Below, in pieces: positions 38,695 to 47,745 of a stretch of 64,000 nt of DNA. Within the stretch, counting starts at the first letter, position 1, and each line of letters begins with the position of its first letter. The translations under genes and the position numbers were made by a program. The stretch comes from Minisyncoccota bacterium (GTDB taxonomy: Bacteria; Patescibacteriota; Minisyncoccia; Phycocordibacterales; UBA12088), in the NCBI GenBank assembly GCA_041908795.1, contig JAYRER010000048.1:18413-82412 (forward strand). The letters are read 5' to 3'. Under the pieces are notes generated by a model, which was given only the letters and a program-made list of their open reading frames with translations, made no database searches and was not told the DNA's origin.

Positions 38695-39885
38695 ATGGAA
38701 CCAACAAATACTCCTTCTGTCAAGAATCTGTGTATCGTGATCGCGATTACTAAGTCCAATTGGGGGGGTGCCCAACGCTATGTGCACGACCTCGCTGTTG
38801 CACTTCACGCGCAAGGCCACCATGTTCATGTTGTACTTGGTGGCACGGGGGAGCTTGCACAAAAACTCCGAGACGGAGGAATCGACGTATCCTCCGTTCC
38901 AACACTTACTCGCGACATTACCCTTACACAAGAGATCCGATCCTTTATTCATATCTATAAGGTGCTACGTACGATACGTCCTGACGTGCTACACCTTAAC
39001 AGCAGTAAAGCGGGAGGGCTCGGCGCACTTGCGGGAAGAGTGCTTGGGGTACCACGCATCATATTCACGGCACACGGGTGGGCATTTAACGAGCCGAGAT
39101 CCCGGTTCGTGTGTATATTGCTACGAACTCTGTACTGGATCACCATACTACTAGCTCACCGGACTATTGCCGTGTCGGCGGCCACCGCGCGTGACATCAT
39201 ACACCTGCCGTTCATGCGCTCACGTATCGAAGTGATACATGTTGGATGTACGTCTACAGCCATCCTTCCACGCAATGATGCACGCAGAGCTCTTGAGCAA
39301 ATGCATCCCTCGCTTGCGAGCATTTTTTCAAGTAACGCAAAAGTATTTGTAACTATCGCTGAGCTACACCCCATCAAGGGACACCATGTAATGCTTGAGG
39401 CTTTTTCACGCACACAGATGCACACTCCCTCAATGTACTGGGTGCTTATGGGGGATGGTGAACTTCGAGATGAACTACAGACGACCATTAAAAAATGGAA
39501 CCTGAATGAAAAAGTGTTGCTTCTGGGTCACGTGCGTGATGCGAGTCGCTACCTAAACGCATTCGACTACTTTGGACTTCCCTCACTTTCAGAGGGTCTT
39601 GCATACGTTCTCCTTGAGGCGGGGCTTGCAAATCTTCCTGTGATTGCCACGTGTGTGGGCGGCATACCAGAAGTTATAACCGATGGGAAAACCGGTCTCC
39701 TGGTACCCTCAAAAGATGCGAGTGCGCTTGAGAAGGCTCTCACCACACTTATAGCCGACACGCATCTGGCGTATTCGCTTGGCAGTGCTCTCAATACCCA
39801 AGTGCGAACCAACCACTCTCTAGCACAAATGGTTGCGCGCATCGTGGATGTCTACCACAATCAGCAATTCTTCAAAGAGGCTTAA
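38695..39885 (+). CDS. Glycosyltransferase family 4
   Basis: WGGAQRYV, FTAHGWAF, SEGLAYVLLEAG. Confidence 0.92.
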   Translation: MEPTNTPSVKNLCIVIAITKSNWGGAQRYVHDLAVALHAQGHHVHVVLGGTGELAQKLRDGGIDVSSVPTLTRDITLTQEIRSFIHIYKVLRTIRPDVLHLNSSKAGGLGALAGRVLGVPRIIFTAHGWAFNEPRSRFVCILLRTLYWITILLAHRTIAVSAATARDIIHLPFMRSRIEVIHVGCTSTAILPRNDARRALEQMHPSLASIFSSNAKVFVTIAELHPIKGHHVMLEAFSRTQMHTPSMYWVLMGDGELRDELQTTIKKWNLNEKVLLLGHVRDASRYLNAFDYFGLPSLSEGLAYVLLEAGLANLPVIATCVGGIPEVITDGKTGLLVPSKDASALEKALTTLIADTHLAYSLGSALNTQVRTNHSLAQMVARIVDVYHNQQFFKEA

Positions 39886-40748
39886 GGATGTAGGATCTCA
39901 GTCCCGTACACACCTTCCAGAAGATCCGTGTCCTTGCCTGAGTCTCGGAGCAGTTCTATGTTCTTTTTTTCAAGCGCCCGTAGGAGTGTGATTGAATTTT
40001 TTCCATCGATATGTTTCTCAAAATAGTTTGCAAGTGCCGCAAAATCTTTGATGAAACAATGCCCACCTGCGCCCCGACCCAACACCGCACTTTTGTGTCC
40101 ACTCATATCCACAGGGTGCATGTGACTACTGCCTATTCGGGTGTCGGCTGACATTGCTTGTGCGAGCACTTCGTAGTCAGCTCCCACATTCTGACAGAGG
40201 TCGTACAGGAGGTTCATAAAAACCACCTTGGTAAAAAGGAAGCAGTTGCCACCGTACTTGATGAGTTCCGCGGTTATCGCGTCAGTTACCAGTTCGTAAG
40301 GTGCCCGGGGAAGTACCGCAAGTACTTTTCGAGCAGCGTCATGGTACACGTCTGTATCCTCTGGAATGCCCAGTATGTTTCTTTCCGGATTCGCTGCGTC
40401 GTAGGCAGCTGACTTCTCACGTAAAAACTCAGGGGAGTGGAGAATGAGTAGTGTGGGGAAATCTTGCTGCAGTCTGCTTGTCGTACCCGGCAGTATCGTT
40501 GACTTAATAACCGCAATCGCGTTAGGTCCTACCTTGGTGAGGGCATCACGCAATTGACGATCATTGAATCCCTCTGGTGTTGTTGGAGTAGGAACAGCCA
40601 CGAAGACGATTTCGCATTTTGATACCGCCTCCCCATTTTGTGCGTACGGCTCCTCAAGCGCATACCGTATCACCTGATACCCGCGCCGTTCAAAATCATC
40701 GGCGTAATTCTTCCCAATAAACCCTTGGCCTATGCATCCAATCTTCAT
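39882..40748 (-). CDS. Short UDP-glucose/GDP-mannose dehydrogenase family protein (no C-terminal domain)
   Basis: GQGFIG, IKSTILPG, PEFLRE, AELIKY, GGHCFIKD. Confidence 0.88.
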   Translation of the reverse strand: MKIGCIGQGFIGKNYADDFERRGYQVIRYALEEPYAQNGEAVSKCEIVFVAVPTPTTPEGFNDRQLRDALTKVGPNAIAVIKSTILPGTTSRLQQDFPTLLILHSPEFLREKSAAYDAANPERNILGIPEDTDVYHDAARKVLAVLPRAPYELVTDAITAELIKYGGNCFLFTKVVFMNLLYDLCQNVGADYEVLAQAMSADTRIGSSHMHPVDMSGHKSAVLGRGAGGHCFIKDFAALANYFEKHIDGKNSITLLRALEKKNIELLRDSGKDTDLLEGVYGTEILHP

Positions 40749-40750
40749 AC

Positions 40751-41674
40751 CTATTTGGTTGCCTTCGGCTTTTTCTTCACTCTTTGCACTTTTCCCTCAA
40801 GACCGGCCCCTTTTCCGTACACACCTTCCAAAAGATCAATATCTTTTTCGGTCATCCTCAGCAAGTGGGTGTTCTTTCGTTCCATTGAGTAGAACACTTC
40901 CGCACCACGAGAATCCCCCGTTGCTTGCTCATACCATCGTGCAAACGCGGCCATATCCTTGATGTAGCAAGGTCCTCCTGCTCCACGACCGGGTACCGCG
41001 CCCGGGTGTCCGCTTGTGTGTACCGGATTGTTGTAGTAGTGCGCTCGAGATGAGAGATAAGGATCTGCATCAAGTGCACGCTTAAGCTCATCCCATGTAG
41101 CTCCAGTGGCTTGAGCCGCATCATACATTAGATTCGTAAATAATATTCGCATATACCCATGAAGATTATGTGCGTACTTGATGAGTTCCGCTTCATGCGA
41201 CGTACATACTTGACTGTGTACACTGGGAGGAAAATGCGACAGTACGGTTTGTGCGTGTTTTTTTGTACTTACCCCGGGAACAAACCCCACGATATTCATG
41301 ATGGGGTATGCCGCATCCCATCCCGCAGTCTTCGCAAGCAAGAACTCGGGAGAAAACATGACGCGAACATTAGGATACTGACTTTGCAGCACTTCCGTGG
41401 TTCCAGGAAGCAGGGTCGACTTGATTACTGCTATTTTTCCCTTTCCGACAAGAGCGATCGATTCGCGTACGATAGAATCATCGAATCCCTTAGGGGTGGT
41501 GGGGGTCGGTACCGCAATAAGAACTATGTCGCAAAGCGCTATTCTTGACTTGTTGTCGCGGTACGCATCTTCAAGCGAGTAGCGCACGGTCTCATAGCCA
41601 CGTTTTTCAAAATCATCGGCATAGCTCCTCCCAACAAACCCTTGGCCGATAAATCCTATAAGAGGTTGTGCCAT
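40751..41674 (-). CDS. Short UDP-glucose/GDP-mannose dehydrogenase family protein, tandem paralog
   Basis: GQGFVG, IKSTLLPG, PEFLLA, AELIKY, GGPCYIKD. Confidence 0.88.
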   Translation of the reverse strand: MAQPLIGFIGQGFVGRSYADDFEKRGYETVRYSLEDAYRDNKSRIALCDIVLIAVPTPTTPKGFDDSIVRESIALVGKGKIAVIKSTLLPGTTEVLQSQYPNVRVMFSPEFLLAKTAGWDAAYPIMNIVGFVPGVSTKKHAQTVLSHFPPSVHSQVCTSHEAELIKYAHNLHGYMRILFTNLMYDAAQATGATWDELKRALDADPYLSSRAHYYNNPVHTSGHPGAVPGRGAGGPCYIKDMAAFARWYEQATGDSRGAEVFYSMERKNTHLLRMTEKDIDLLEGVYGKGAGLEGKVQRVKKKPKATK

Positions 41675-41979
41675 AAAAAATATCGATTATTAGCTACTCA
41701 AAAAGATTAAATCCGGTGCGCTGGGTATTCTACCCCAAAAATCGCAAAATTGCTCGCGCGAGCTTGTCGGGGTCGTAACGAGTGAGTGTCCGACGCGGAG
41801 GGTCACCCCTCTTTGGCTTCTAGAGCTCTGCTGAATGGAGGGTGAAGTGTCCCTATGGTAACGATATGGGGAAGTTTTTCTCCGCAGGTCGCTGATTGTT
41901 TCGACGCATAACGAACCACCCTAGCACAGTCACATTCGGCTGCTACTGGAGCGGTGCGAGGTGCGTTATGATGTGACAG

Positions 41980-42987
41980 ATGAATGCTCGCACCATTATC
42001 CCAACCCTTATGCACGCAACAGGGTTGCCGCACATAATGAGACTGCGTCAACGAAACCGACTGGTTGTCGTGCTCTACCACGGCGTCACAGATGATATTG
42101 GTACGGGAATTTTCAACTACCGCGGAAAGTTTGTTTCAACACATACGTTTAATAATCATCTTGACTACTTTACACGTCACCACACCGTACTTGGACTCGA
42201 TGAAGCCGTACGTCTACTGTTTTCAGAATCTCCATTGCCTTCCTACCCTCTCTGTATCACATTTGATGATGGGTACAGGAATTTTTTTACCCACGCAGCT
42301 CCGCTTCTCAAGCAGTACCGAATGGCGGCAACCATGTTCCTCACCACCTCATTTATCGACACAAAGAAGCCCTTGTGGGTGGACCGCCTCGAGTACGCCG
42401 CGGGCCATGGAATCCACCCGACACTCCCTGACCGTACCGCGCGCGCAAAATTGGATGCGCAGATACGCTCAAGACTCAAGCAACTCCCGGACCTTGAGCG
42501 CGAATCCACGCTTTCTACATTTGAGGAGAAGGTCGCTGCAAAACTTGTCGATTTTGATGAGTCAAGGAGCGTATACGCACCCCTCTCGTGGAGTGAGGTG
42601 GAAACGTTGGAAAAAGAGGGTATGATGTTTGGTGCCCACAGTGTGCACCACCCTATTCTGACTCGCCTTACACCCGAGGCGCTGCGCGTAGAAGTGGGCG
42701 AATCAAGGGAATGTGTCACGAGGCGCTGCAAGAAATCGTCTTCGGTATTTGCCTATCCGAACGGACAATCGGGTGATTATGATGAGGTAGTCACGCGCGA
42801 AGTGCGCGCGTGCGGATTCACCGCCGCACTGACTACGATTCCCGGCAACAACAAAAAGACCACCAGCCCCTATGCGCTCAAACGCTACACGATGAGCACA
42901 CGGGACGTGGGGGCCTCATTTATTCAAAACGTTACTGGCACTAACACAGCACTTTCATGTCTACTACAACAACTCGGGCGGAGGTGA
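41980..42987 (+). CDS. Polysaccharide deacetylase (NodB/CE4)
   Basis: LYHGV, TFDDGY, AHSVHHP, FAYPNG. Confidence 0.9.
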   Translation: MNARTIIPTLMHATGLPHIMRLRQRNRLVVVLYHGVTDDIGTGIFNYRGKFVSTHTFNNHLDYFTRHHTVLGLDEAVRLLFSESPLPSYPLCITFDDGYRNFFTHAAPLLKQYRMAATMFLTTSFIDTKKPLWVDRLEYAAGHGIHPTLPDRTARAKLDAQIRSRLKQLPDLERESTLSTFEEKVAAKLVDFDESRSVYAPLSWSEVETLEKEGMMFGAHSVHHPILTRLTPEALRVEVGESRECVTRRCKKSSSVFAYPNGQSGDYDEVVTREVRACGFTAALTTIPGNNKKTTSPYALKRYTMSTRDVGASFIQNVTGTNTALSCLLQQLGRR

Positions 42988-43742
42988 GTTTTTTCAATGA
43001 GCGCAGTCGCTCGTACCTTGATGAGTACGGAAAAGAGACTCCCGAGGGTTTTTCATTCCGTATGCGTCGCGAAGGGGTACTACGGGTACTGCCAGACGGA
43101 GAGGGTAAGCGCGTGCTTGATATTGCCGGCGGACCCGGTGTGATGATAGCCGGTTTGCGTAAAAAAGGATACGAGGTTGACTGTGTGGATGCGGCTCCTG
43201 AAATGGTTGCGCTTGCGGCCCAAGAGGCGCGTGGCGACGCTAAGGTTCACACACACGTCGAAGACGTGCTCGCTCTTTCATACAAAAATGGCACGTTTGA
43301 CGCGCTGACTGCCATGGGTCTTGTTGAGTACCTTGATGATCAGGACAGGGCGATGCGAGAAATGGCACGGGTACTCAAACCTGGAGGTGTTGCGATTATC
43401 ACGTTCCCCAATCGTTACTCTCTATGGCGTTTCTGGGCAGCAACACTGCGGACCGTTTTCTACCCACTGCGTACGCTGCACAAAAAACTGACCGGGAAGC
43501 CGGTGTACCCTATACGTCATCGAGAGTACACACCGGAACAGGCACGAGCGTACATGCGCATACACGGACTTGTGCCTGCGCAGACGATTTACTACAACTA
43601 CAAGCTCATGCCATTTCCTCTCGATAAATTTTTTCCACGATTGACCGTGATTCAGTCGAGCCTCTGTGAAGGTAGAGGGGGAGTATTCTCTCGTTTCTTC
43701 GCCACCGCTTTTATTGTGGAGGGGGTGAAGCGGGCTCTGTAG
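42957..43742 (+). CDS. Class I SAM-dependent methyltransferase
   Basis: LDIAGGPG, GLVEYL, RVLKPGG. Confidence 0.9.
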   Translation: MSTTTTRAEVSFFNERSRSYLDEYGKETPEGFSFRMRREGVLRVLPDGEGKRVLDIAGGPGVMIAGLRKKGYEVDCVDAAPEMVALAAQEARGDAKVHTHVEDVLALSYKNGTFDALTAMGLVEYLDDQDRAMREMARVLKPGGVAIITFPNRYSLWRFWAATLRTVFYPLRTLHKKLTGKPVYPIRHREYTPEQARAYMRIHGLVPAQTIYYNYKLMPFPLDKFFPRLTVIQSSLCEGRGGVFSRFFATAFIVEGVKRAL

Positions 43743-44913
43743 TTTCCTCTATCGAAGAGGTCACGTCGTCAGTGATCCCCCTACTCCTCAGGTAGCAGGT
43801 CTCGAATGATTCTTTCATGGCAGCGAGGTACTCTTCATCCGTAGTCTGAAATTTGTCCTTGACTGCGGTTGCAGCAGCTTCTTTCAATTGTACTCGTAGT
43901 GGAAAACTTTCAATAAGGCTACGAAGTTTGTTGGCGAGACACTCAATGTCTCCCACAGGACACGCCAAGCAATGTACCTTATCTATCAATACCGAACCCA
44001 CGACGCCGACATTGGTCGTCACGATAGGGCAATGGAGCATCGCCGCCTCAACAAGGGTCCTACCAAACCCCTCAAACTCTGAGGTGAGGAAGTAGACATC
44101 GGCACTTTGGTAGTAGCATGCAACATTTTCCTTCCACCCCTCAAACACCACACGATTCTCAAGGTGTAGCTCTTTGACAAGCGAAACCAGTCTTTTTTTC
44201 TCCTTACCCTCTCCCACTATAATTAACCCAACACTCGGATAGTGAGACGCAAGAAGGTTGAAAGCACTAATCGCATCTTCAATACGCTTCTCCGAAGTAA
44301 GTCGAGACACCATGAGCACAGTGAATTTAAAGTAAGGATACTTTTCGTTAAGGTTTGTTACGGGAGGTTTTGTTGGATCAAGATTTGAAAAATCTACCCT
44401 TACAGGAAGCACCGTGAGGACCGCCCCCTCAAGAAGTCCCCGTTGTTCGAATGACTGGCGCACATGGTCAGAGACAATACGCAGACACTGTGTTCGTGCA
44501 ACAAGCCAATTAGCGAGATGCAATCGAATCCTATTGAGCATCCCACTCTCAACAAACTCGGGTGCAAACGGATCGGTGTGCACTTGGAGTTGAAGGGGAA
44601 GTTTGAGCTCTCGCGCGATAAGATACCCCGCCAAACCACACTCAAACGGATCTTGAGCGGAGACGAGATCCACCCGCTCTATGTTCTTCCCCATACGATA
44701 CGCGTCGTACACATAGAGGAGAGGATGACGACTGTTGGTGGCATACACCCATACGTTTGGGGCGATCTGTTGTTTTAAGAGACCTGTACCCCTGCGGGTA
44801 AACACAATAATATGGAGCTCATCAACAATAGCCCCTTGCTTTGTAATGCGCCGCCTAGCCTCGCTCTCGGCATCAAATAGTTTTCGCTCGCTCCCCACCA
44901 AGAGTACATTCAT
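43711..44913 (-). CDS. Glycosyltransferase family 4
   Basis: VSRLTSEK, FEGFGRTLVEAA. Confidence 0.9.
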   Translation of the reverse strand: MNVLLVGSERKLFDAESEARRRITKQGAIVDELHIIVFTRRGTGLLKQQIAPNVWVYATNSRHPLLYVYDAYRMGKNIERVDLVSAQDPFECGLAGYLIARELKLPLQLQVHTDPFAPEFVESGMLNRIRLHLANWLVARTQCLRIVSDHVRQSFEQRGLLEGAVLTVLPVRVDFSNLDPTKPPVTNLNEKYPYFKFTVLMVSRLTSEKRIEDAISAFNLLASHYPSVGLIIVGEGKEKKRLVSLVKELHLENRVVFEGWKENVACYYQSADVYFLTSEFEGFGRTLVEAAMLHCPIVTTNVGVVGSVLIDKVHCLACPVGDIECLANKLRSLIESFPLRVQLKEAAATAVKDKFQTTDEEYLAAMKESFETCYLRSRGITDDVTSSIEETTEPASPPPQ

Positions 44914-45913
44914 ACCCATAGAGTACCAGAAAATCCCTTGCTATGTCACGGTATGTTCTTCCCCATGGTAGCGCGGCGGCACGTGCGTGCCACATCCTGC
45001 GCTCATTCGAGTCAGCCATTCGAATAACTGCAGCTACGATATCTTCAAGCGAAAGGGGATCAACAAATAGCACACTGTCCTTGAGTGACTCACAGTATCC
45101 GGTCTCTTTGGTGAGAATAACTGGCACACCAAAAGAGAGTGCTTCAAGTGCAATATTTGGTGTTACCTCCGAAAGGGAGGGGAGCACGAGGGCCCACGCA
45201 CGCCGCATCACTCGATGTGCTTCTTCTTGCGGAACGTTGGCGAGAGTCACCAGCTCTATTTCAGGACATGTTGCGCGCGCACGCTCGAATGCTCGTGCGA
45301 GTCGCGCTGTGTTCTTGAGAAAAAGCGGCCTCCCCACCCACACGAAACGCTTACTAGGTGGCTCCTCTGGTACACTGCGTACAGGTTGCACATTCTCGAT
45401 AACTGCGGTTCGCTCGTACGGTATGGTATATGCGGCAACTGTGAGAGCCTGTTGCCATTGAGAAGAAAATACCACTCTGGTGGGTAGCGCGAACACCACT
45501 CTGCGAGTGATACACTTGAGTATTCGCTCATAGAAACTTAGCGGTGGTGAGGTCTGGTAAAATGTTGAAAGTGGTACCTCACACCTGGTACGCTCGACAA
45601 AACGTTCCCACAGGAAATCTCCACCACTACGCACAAATACACACGTACGAAAGAGGCGTGCCATGAGCACTGTAGGGATCGCGACACTCCACGTATCTAG
45701 GGAAATCACTAAGTCCGCTGTTTTTAGGGGTTTCCATAATCCTGCCGCAAACGCAACATGACGCACCACCTTCGGGTACATGCGATAGGTTGAAAACGAA
45801 ACAAGTGAAACTGTATGTCCTTCTGCCACAAACCCATCCCGTAACCCTTCAGAGTAGTAGGAAGGACCTCCCGCCTGCGGAGGACTCAACGGAGTAGCAA
45901 TAACAACGTGCAT
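44873..45913 (-). CDS. Glycosyltransferase family 4
   Basis: GGPSYY, SEVTPNIALEALSFG. Confidence 0.88.
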   Translation of the reverse strand: MHVVIATPLSPPQAGGPSYYSEGLRDGFVAEGHTVSLVSFSTYRMYPKVVRHVAFAAGLWKPLKTADLVISLDTWSVAIPTVLMARLFRTCVFVRSGGDFLWERFVERTRCEVPLSTFYQTSPPLSFYERILKCITRRVVFALPTRVVFSSQWQQALTVAAYTIPYERTAVIENVQPVRSVPEEPPSKRFVWVGRPLFLKNTARLARAFERARATCPEIELVTLANVPQEEAHRVMRRAWALVLPSLSEVTPNIALEALSFGVPVILTKETGYCESLKDSVLFVDPLSLEDIVAAVIRMADSNERRMWHARAAALPWGRTYRDIARDFLVLYGYECTLGGERAKTI

Positions 45914-45926
45914 AACTACAGTATAC

Positions 45927-45959
45927 AAAAAAAGAAAGCGCCGTCATTCAAAACGGCGC
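45927..45959 (-). terminator. Intrinsic terminator
   Basis: GCGCCGT-loop-ACGGCGC followed by TTTCTTTTTTT. Confidence 0.8.
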
Positions 45960-46223
45960 AAGTAGCCAACGGCTCGCTTACTACTGCGCATGGCGAACGT
46001 GATAGGCGCGGCCATGAGGAGTAGCGAGAGAATTACAACGACAAACACACAGAGCGAACATAACTGGAGGCACGCATACATCGATACCTTCGCATGCCCC
46101 AGCTGAGCACCAAGCGGTGCCGAATGAACAAGAGAAAGATTGGACCTACCCCTATTCCGTGTCCTGTTGCTTGTTCCGCTCGGGACACTGCTTATGGTCG
46201 CGAGTGTAATGTATGGACGTTCT

Positions 46224-46400
46224 CTACGCATCGGTCACCCGTATAGTGATGTGTATGCACCCGAAGTTTTCTGAGGCAGTTTGCCCCAGATACGTACCAC
46301 CGAACAATGCGCTGTTCGAAGCCACACGCCAAAGTTGCATGAGTGCAAACAACGCACTTTCTTCCAGTTCTTTAAGGACTTGGTCTTGTCGGTCACACAT
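46224..46400 (-). CDS. Possible 58-aa orphan (MCDRQDQVLKELEESALFALMQLWRVAS...)
   Basis: Manual translation; GGGAG SD-like sequence upstream; lies directly after rplB. Confidence 0.3.
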   Translation of the reverse strand: MCDRQDQVLKELEESALFALMQLWRVASNSALFGGTYLGQTASENFGCIHITIRVTDA

Positions 46401-46491
46401 CTGTCGGCTCCCATTCGTTTCAGTTCCTTAACCCAGTAAGCCAGAGTAACCACTTGTGCACAAGTGTCGTAGGGTGAGTTACCAAAAAATT

Positions 46492-47337
46492 CTACTTCCG
46501 GCGTTTACCCACCTTACGACGAGAAACAATGAGCTTGTTACTATACTTCTTTGGTGTGCGTGTTTTGTGTCCTTTGCCGGTAGGCTTGCCATAAATAGAG
46601 CGCGCACGACGGTGACCGCGACCTTGGCGACCCTCACCTCCACCGTGCGGGTGATCAACCGGATTCATCACCGTACCACGCACCGTTGGCCGTACACCGA
46701 GCCAACGACTGCGTCCCGCTTTCCCAAGCGTCACAAGTTGATGCTCTTCGTTGCTCACCACACCGATGGTTGCCCAACAAGTTGAGGGTATCTTACGAAC
46801 CTCAGTGGATGGCATTTTCACGTGAGTATAGGTGCCGTCTTGCGCCACCACATCACAAAAATTGCCCGCGGAGCGCGCAAATCGCGCACCCGCCCCCGGC
46901 TTCGTTTCAATGAGGTGCACTTGCGCACCTATCGGTATGCTACTCAGTGGCATCCGGACGCCAAGTTCAGGTGCGACGGACGTGGAGGCAATAAAACGAT
47001 CCCCCACCTTTGCCGTCTTGTGTGCAAGGATGTAGCGACGTTCACCATCCGCGTAGCAAAGAAGGGCGACATACGAGCTACGATTAGGATCGTACTCGAT
47101 GGATTCAATACGTGCGGGAATGTCGTGCTTGTTGAAAGTGAAGTCTATTTGCCGGTAGACACGCTTATGGCCACCACCTTTATGACGCGTGGTGATGCGT
47201 CCCTGGCTATTCCTTCCCACGGCCCGTTTACCTCCTTTGGTAAGAGCCTTGTGGGGCACGGAAGTAGTCACCACTGTTTTATAGGAACGAGTGGTCATGC
47301 TTCGGCGTGAGGGTGTGGTGGGGTTGTACTTTTTCAT
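46492..47337 (-). CDS. rplB: 50S ribosomal protein L2
   Basis: RHKGGGHKR, EYDPNRS, MNPVDHPHGGGEG. Confidence 0.99.
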   Translation of the reverse strand: MKKYNPTTPSRRSMTTRSYKTVVTTSVPHKALTKGGKRAVGRNSQGRITTRHKGGGHKRVYRQIDFTFNKHDIPARIESIEYDPNRSSYVALLCYADGERRYILAHKTAKVGDRFIASTSVAPELGVRMPLSSIPIGAQVHLIETKPGAGARFARSAGNFCDVVAQDGTYTHVKMPSTEVRKIPSTCWATIGVVSNEEHQLVTLGKAGRSRWLGVRPTVRGTVMNPVDHPHGGGEGRQGRGHRRARSIYGKPTGKGHKTRTPKKYSNKLIVSRRKVGKRRK

Positions 47338-47339
47338 AG

Positions 47340-47741
47340 TTATACCATGTCGATTTTATCGCCCTTTTTCAGAAACACGTATGCCTTCTTGTATCCCTTA
47401 ATCGTACCGCGACGGCGACGCATCGAGGAAACAAACTTTCGAGGGGCAACGCGGACGACGTTCACCTTAATGGGAGTTACTTTGTAGACTTGCTTGACCG
47501 CCGCCACAATATCACGCTTTGTCGCATCCACAGCTACCATGAACACATACATACCTTTTACCGTAGCATATGCCGCTTTTTCCGTAATGCGAGGTCCTCG
47601 TAGAATGTAGTCGGCACTCTTTGTGAGCGTTGTTATTTCACCTTTTTTCTTCAGTGACTTCTTCGCGGCGTTCGCAACAGAGGACACGCCCTTCGCATCC
47701 ACGTTCTCCTTTTTATCTCCTTTTTTTCCTAGGATAGCCAT
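47340..47741 (-). CDS. rplW: 50S ribosomal protein L23 (Lys-rich N-terminal extension)
   Basis: PRITEKA, KKAYVFLKKG; operon position. Confidence 0.95.
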   Translation of the reverse strand: MAILGKKGDKKENVDAKGVSSVANAAKKSLKKKGEITTLTKSADYILRGPRITEKAAYATVKGMYVFMVAVDATKRDIVAAVKQVYKVTPIKVNVVRVAPRKFVSSMRRRRGTIKGYKKAYVFLKKGDKIDMV

Positions 47742-47745
47742 AGTG

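Noticed and set aside
2154-46237. TGA reassignment (code 4 or 25) suggested by in-frame TGAs at 2154, 10123 and 46235
   Set aside because: TGA ends clear genes here (3638, 4028, parD, parE, wecB via ATGA overlaps), and no conserved housekeeping gene needs read-through.
45944-46453. Track ORFs 46235-46453 and 45944-46231 as one read-through gene
   Set aside because: No recognisable motifs. An alternative SD-led frame (46224-46400) is at least as plausible.
47340-47741. N-terminal extensions of L23 and S10 as novel domains
   Set aside because: Low-complexity Lys/Ala-rich tails; the core domains are normal.
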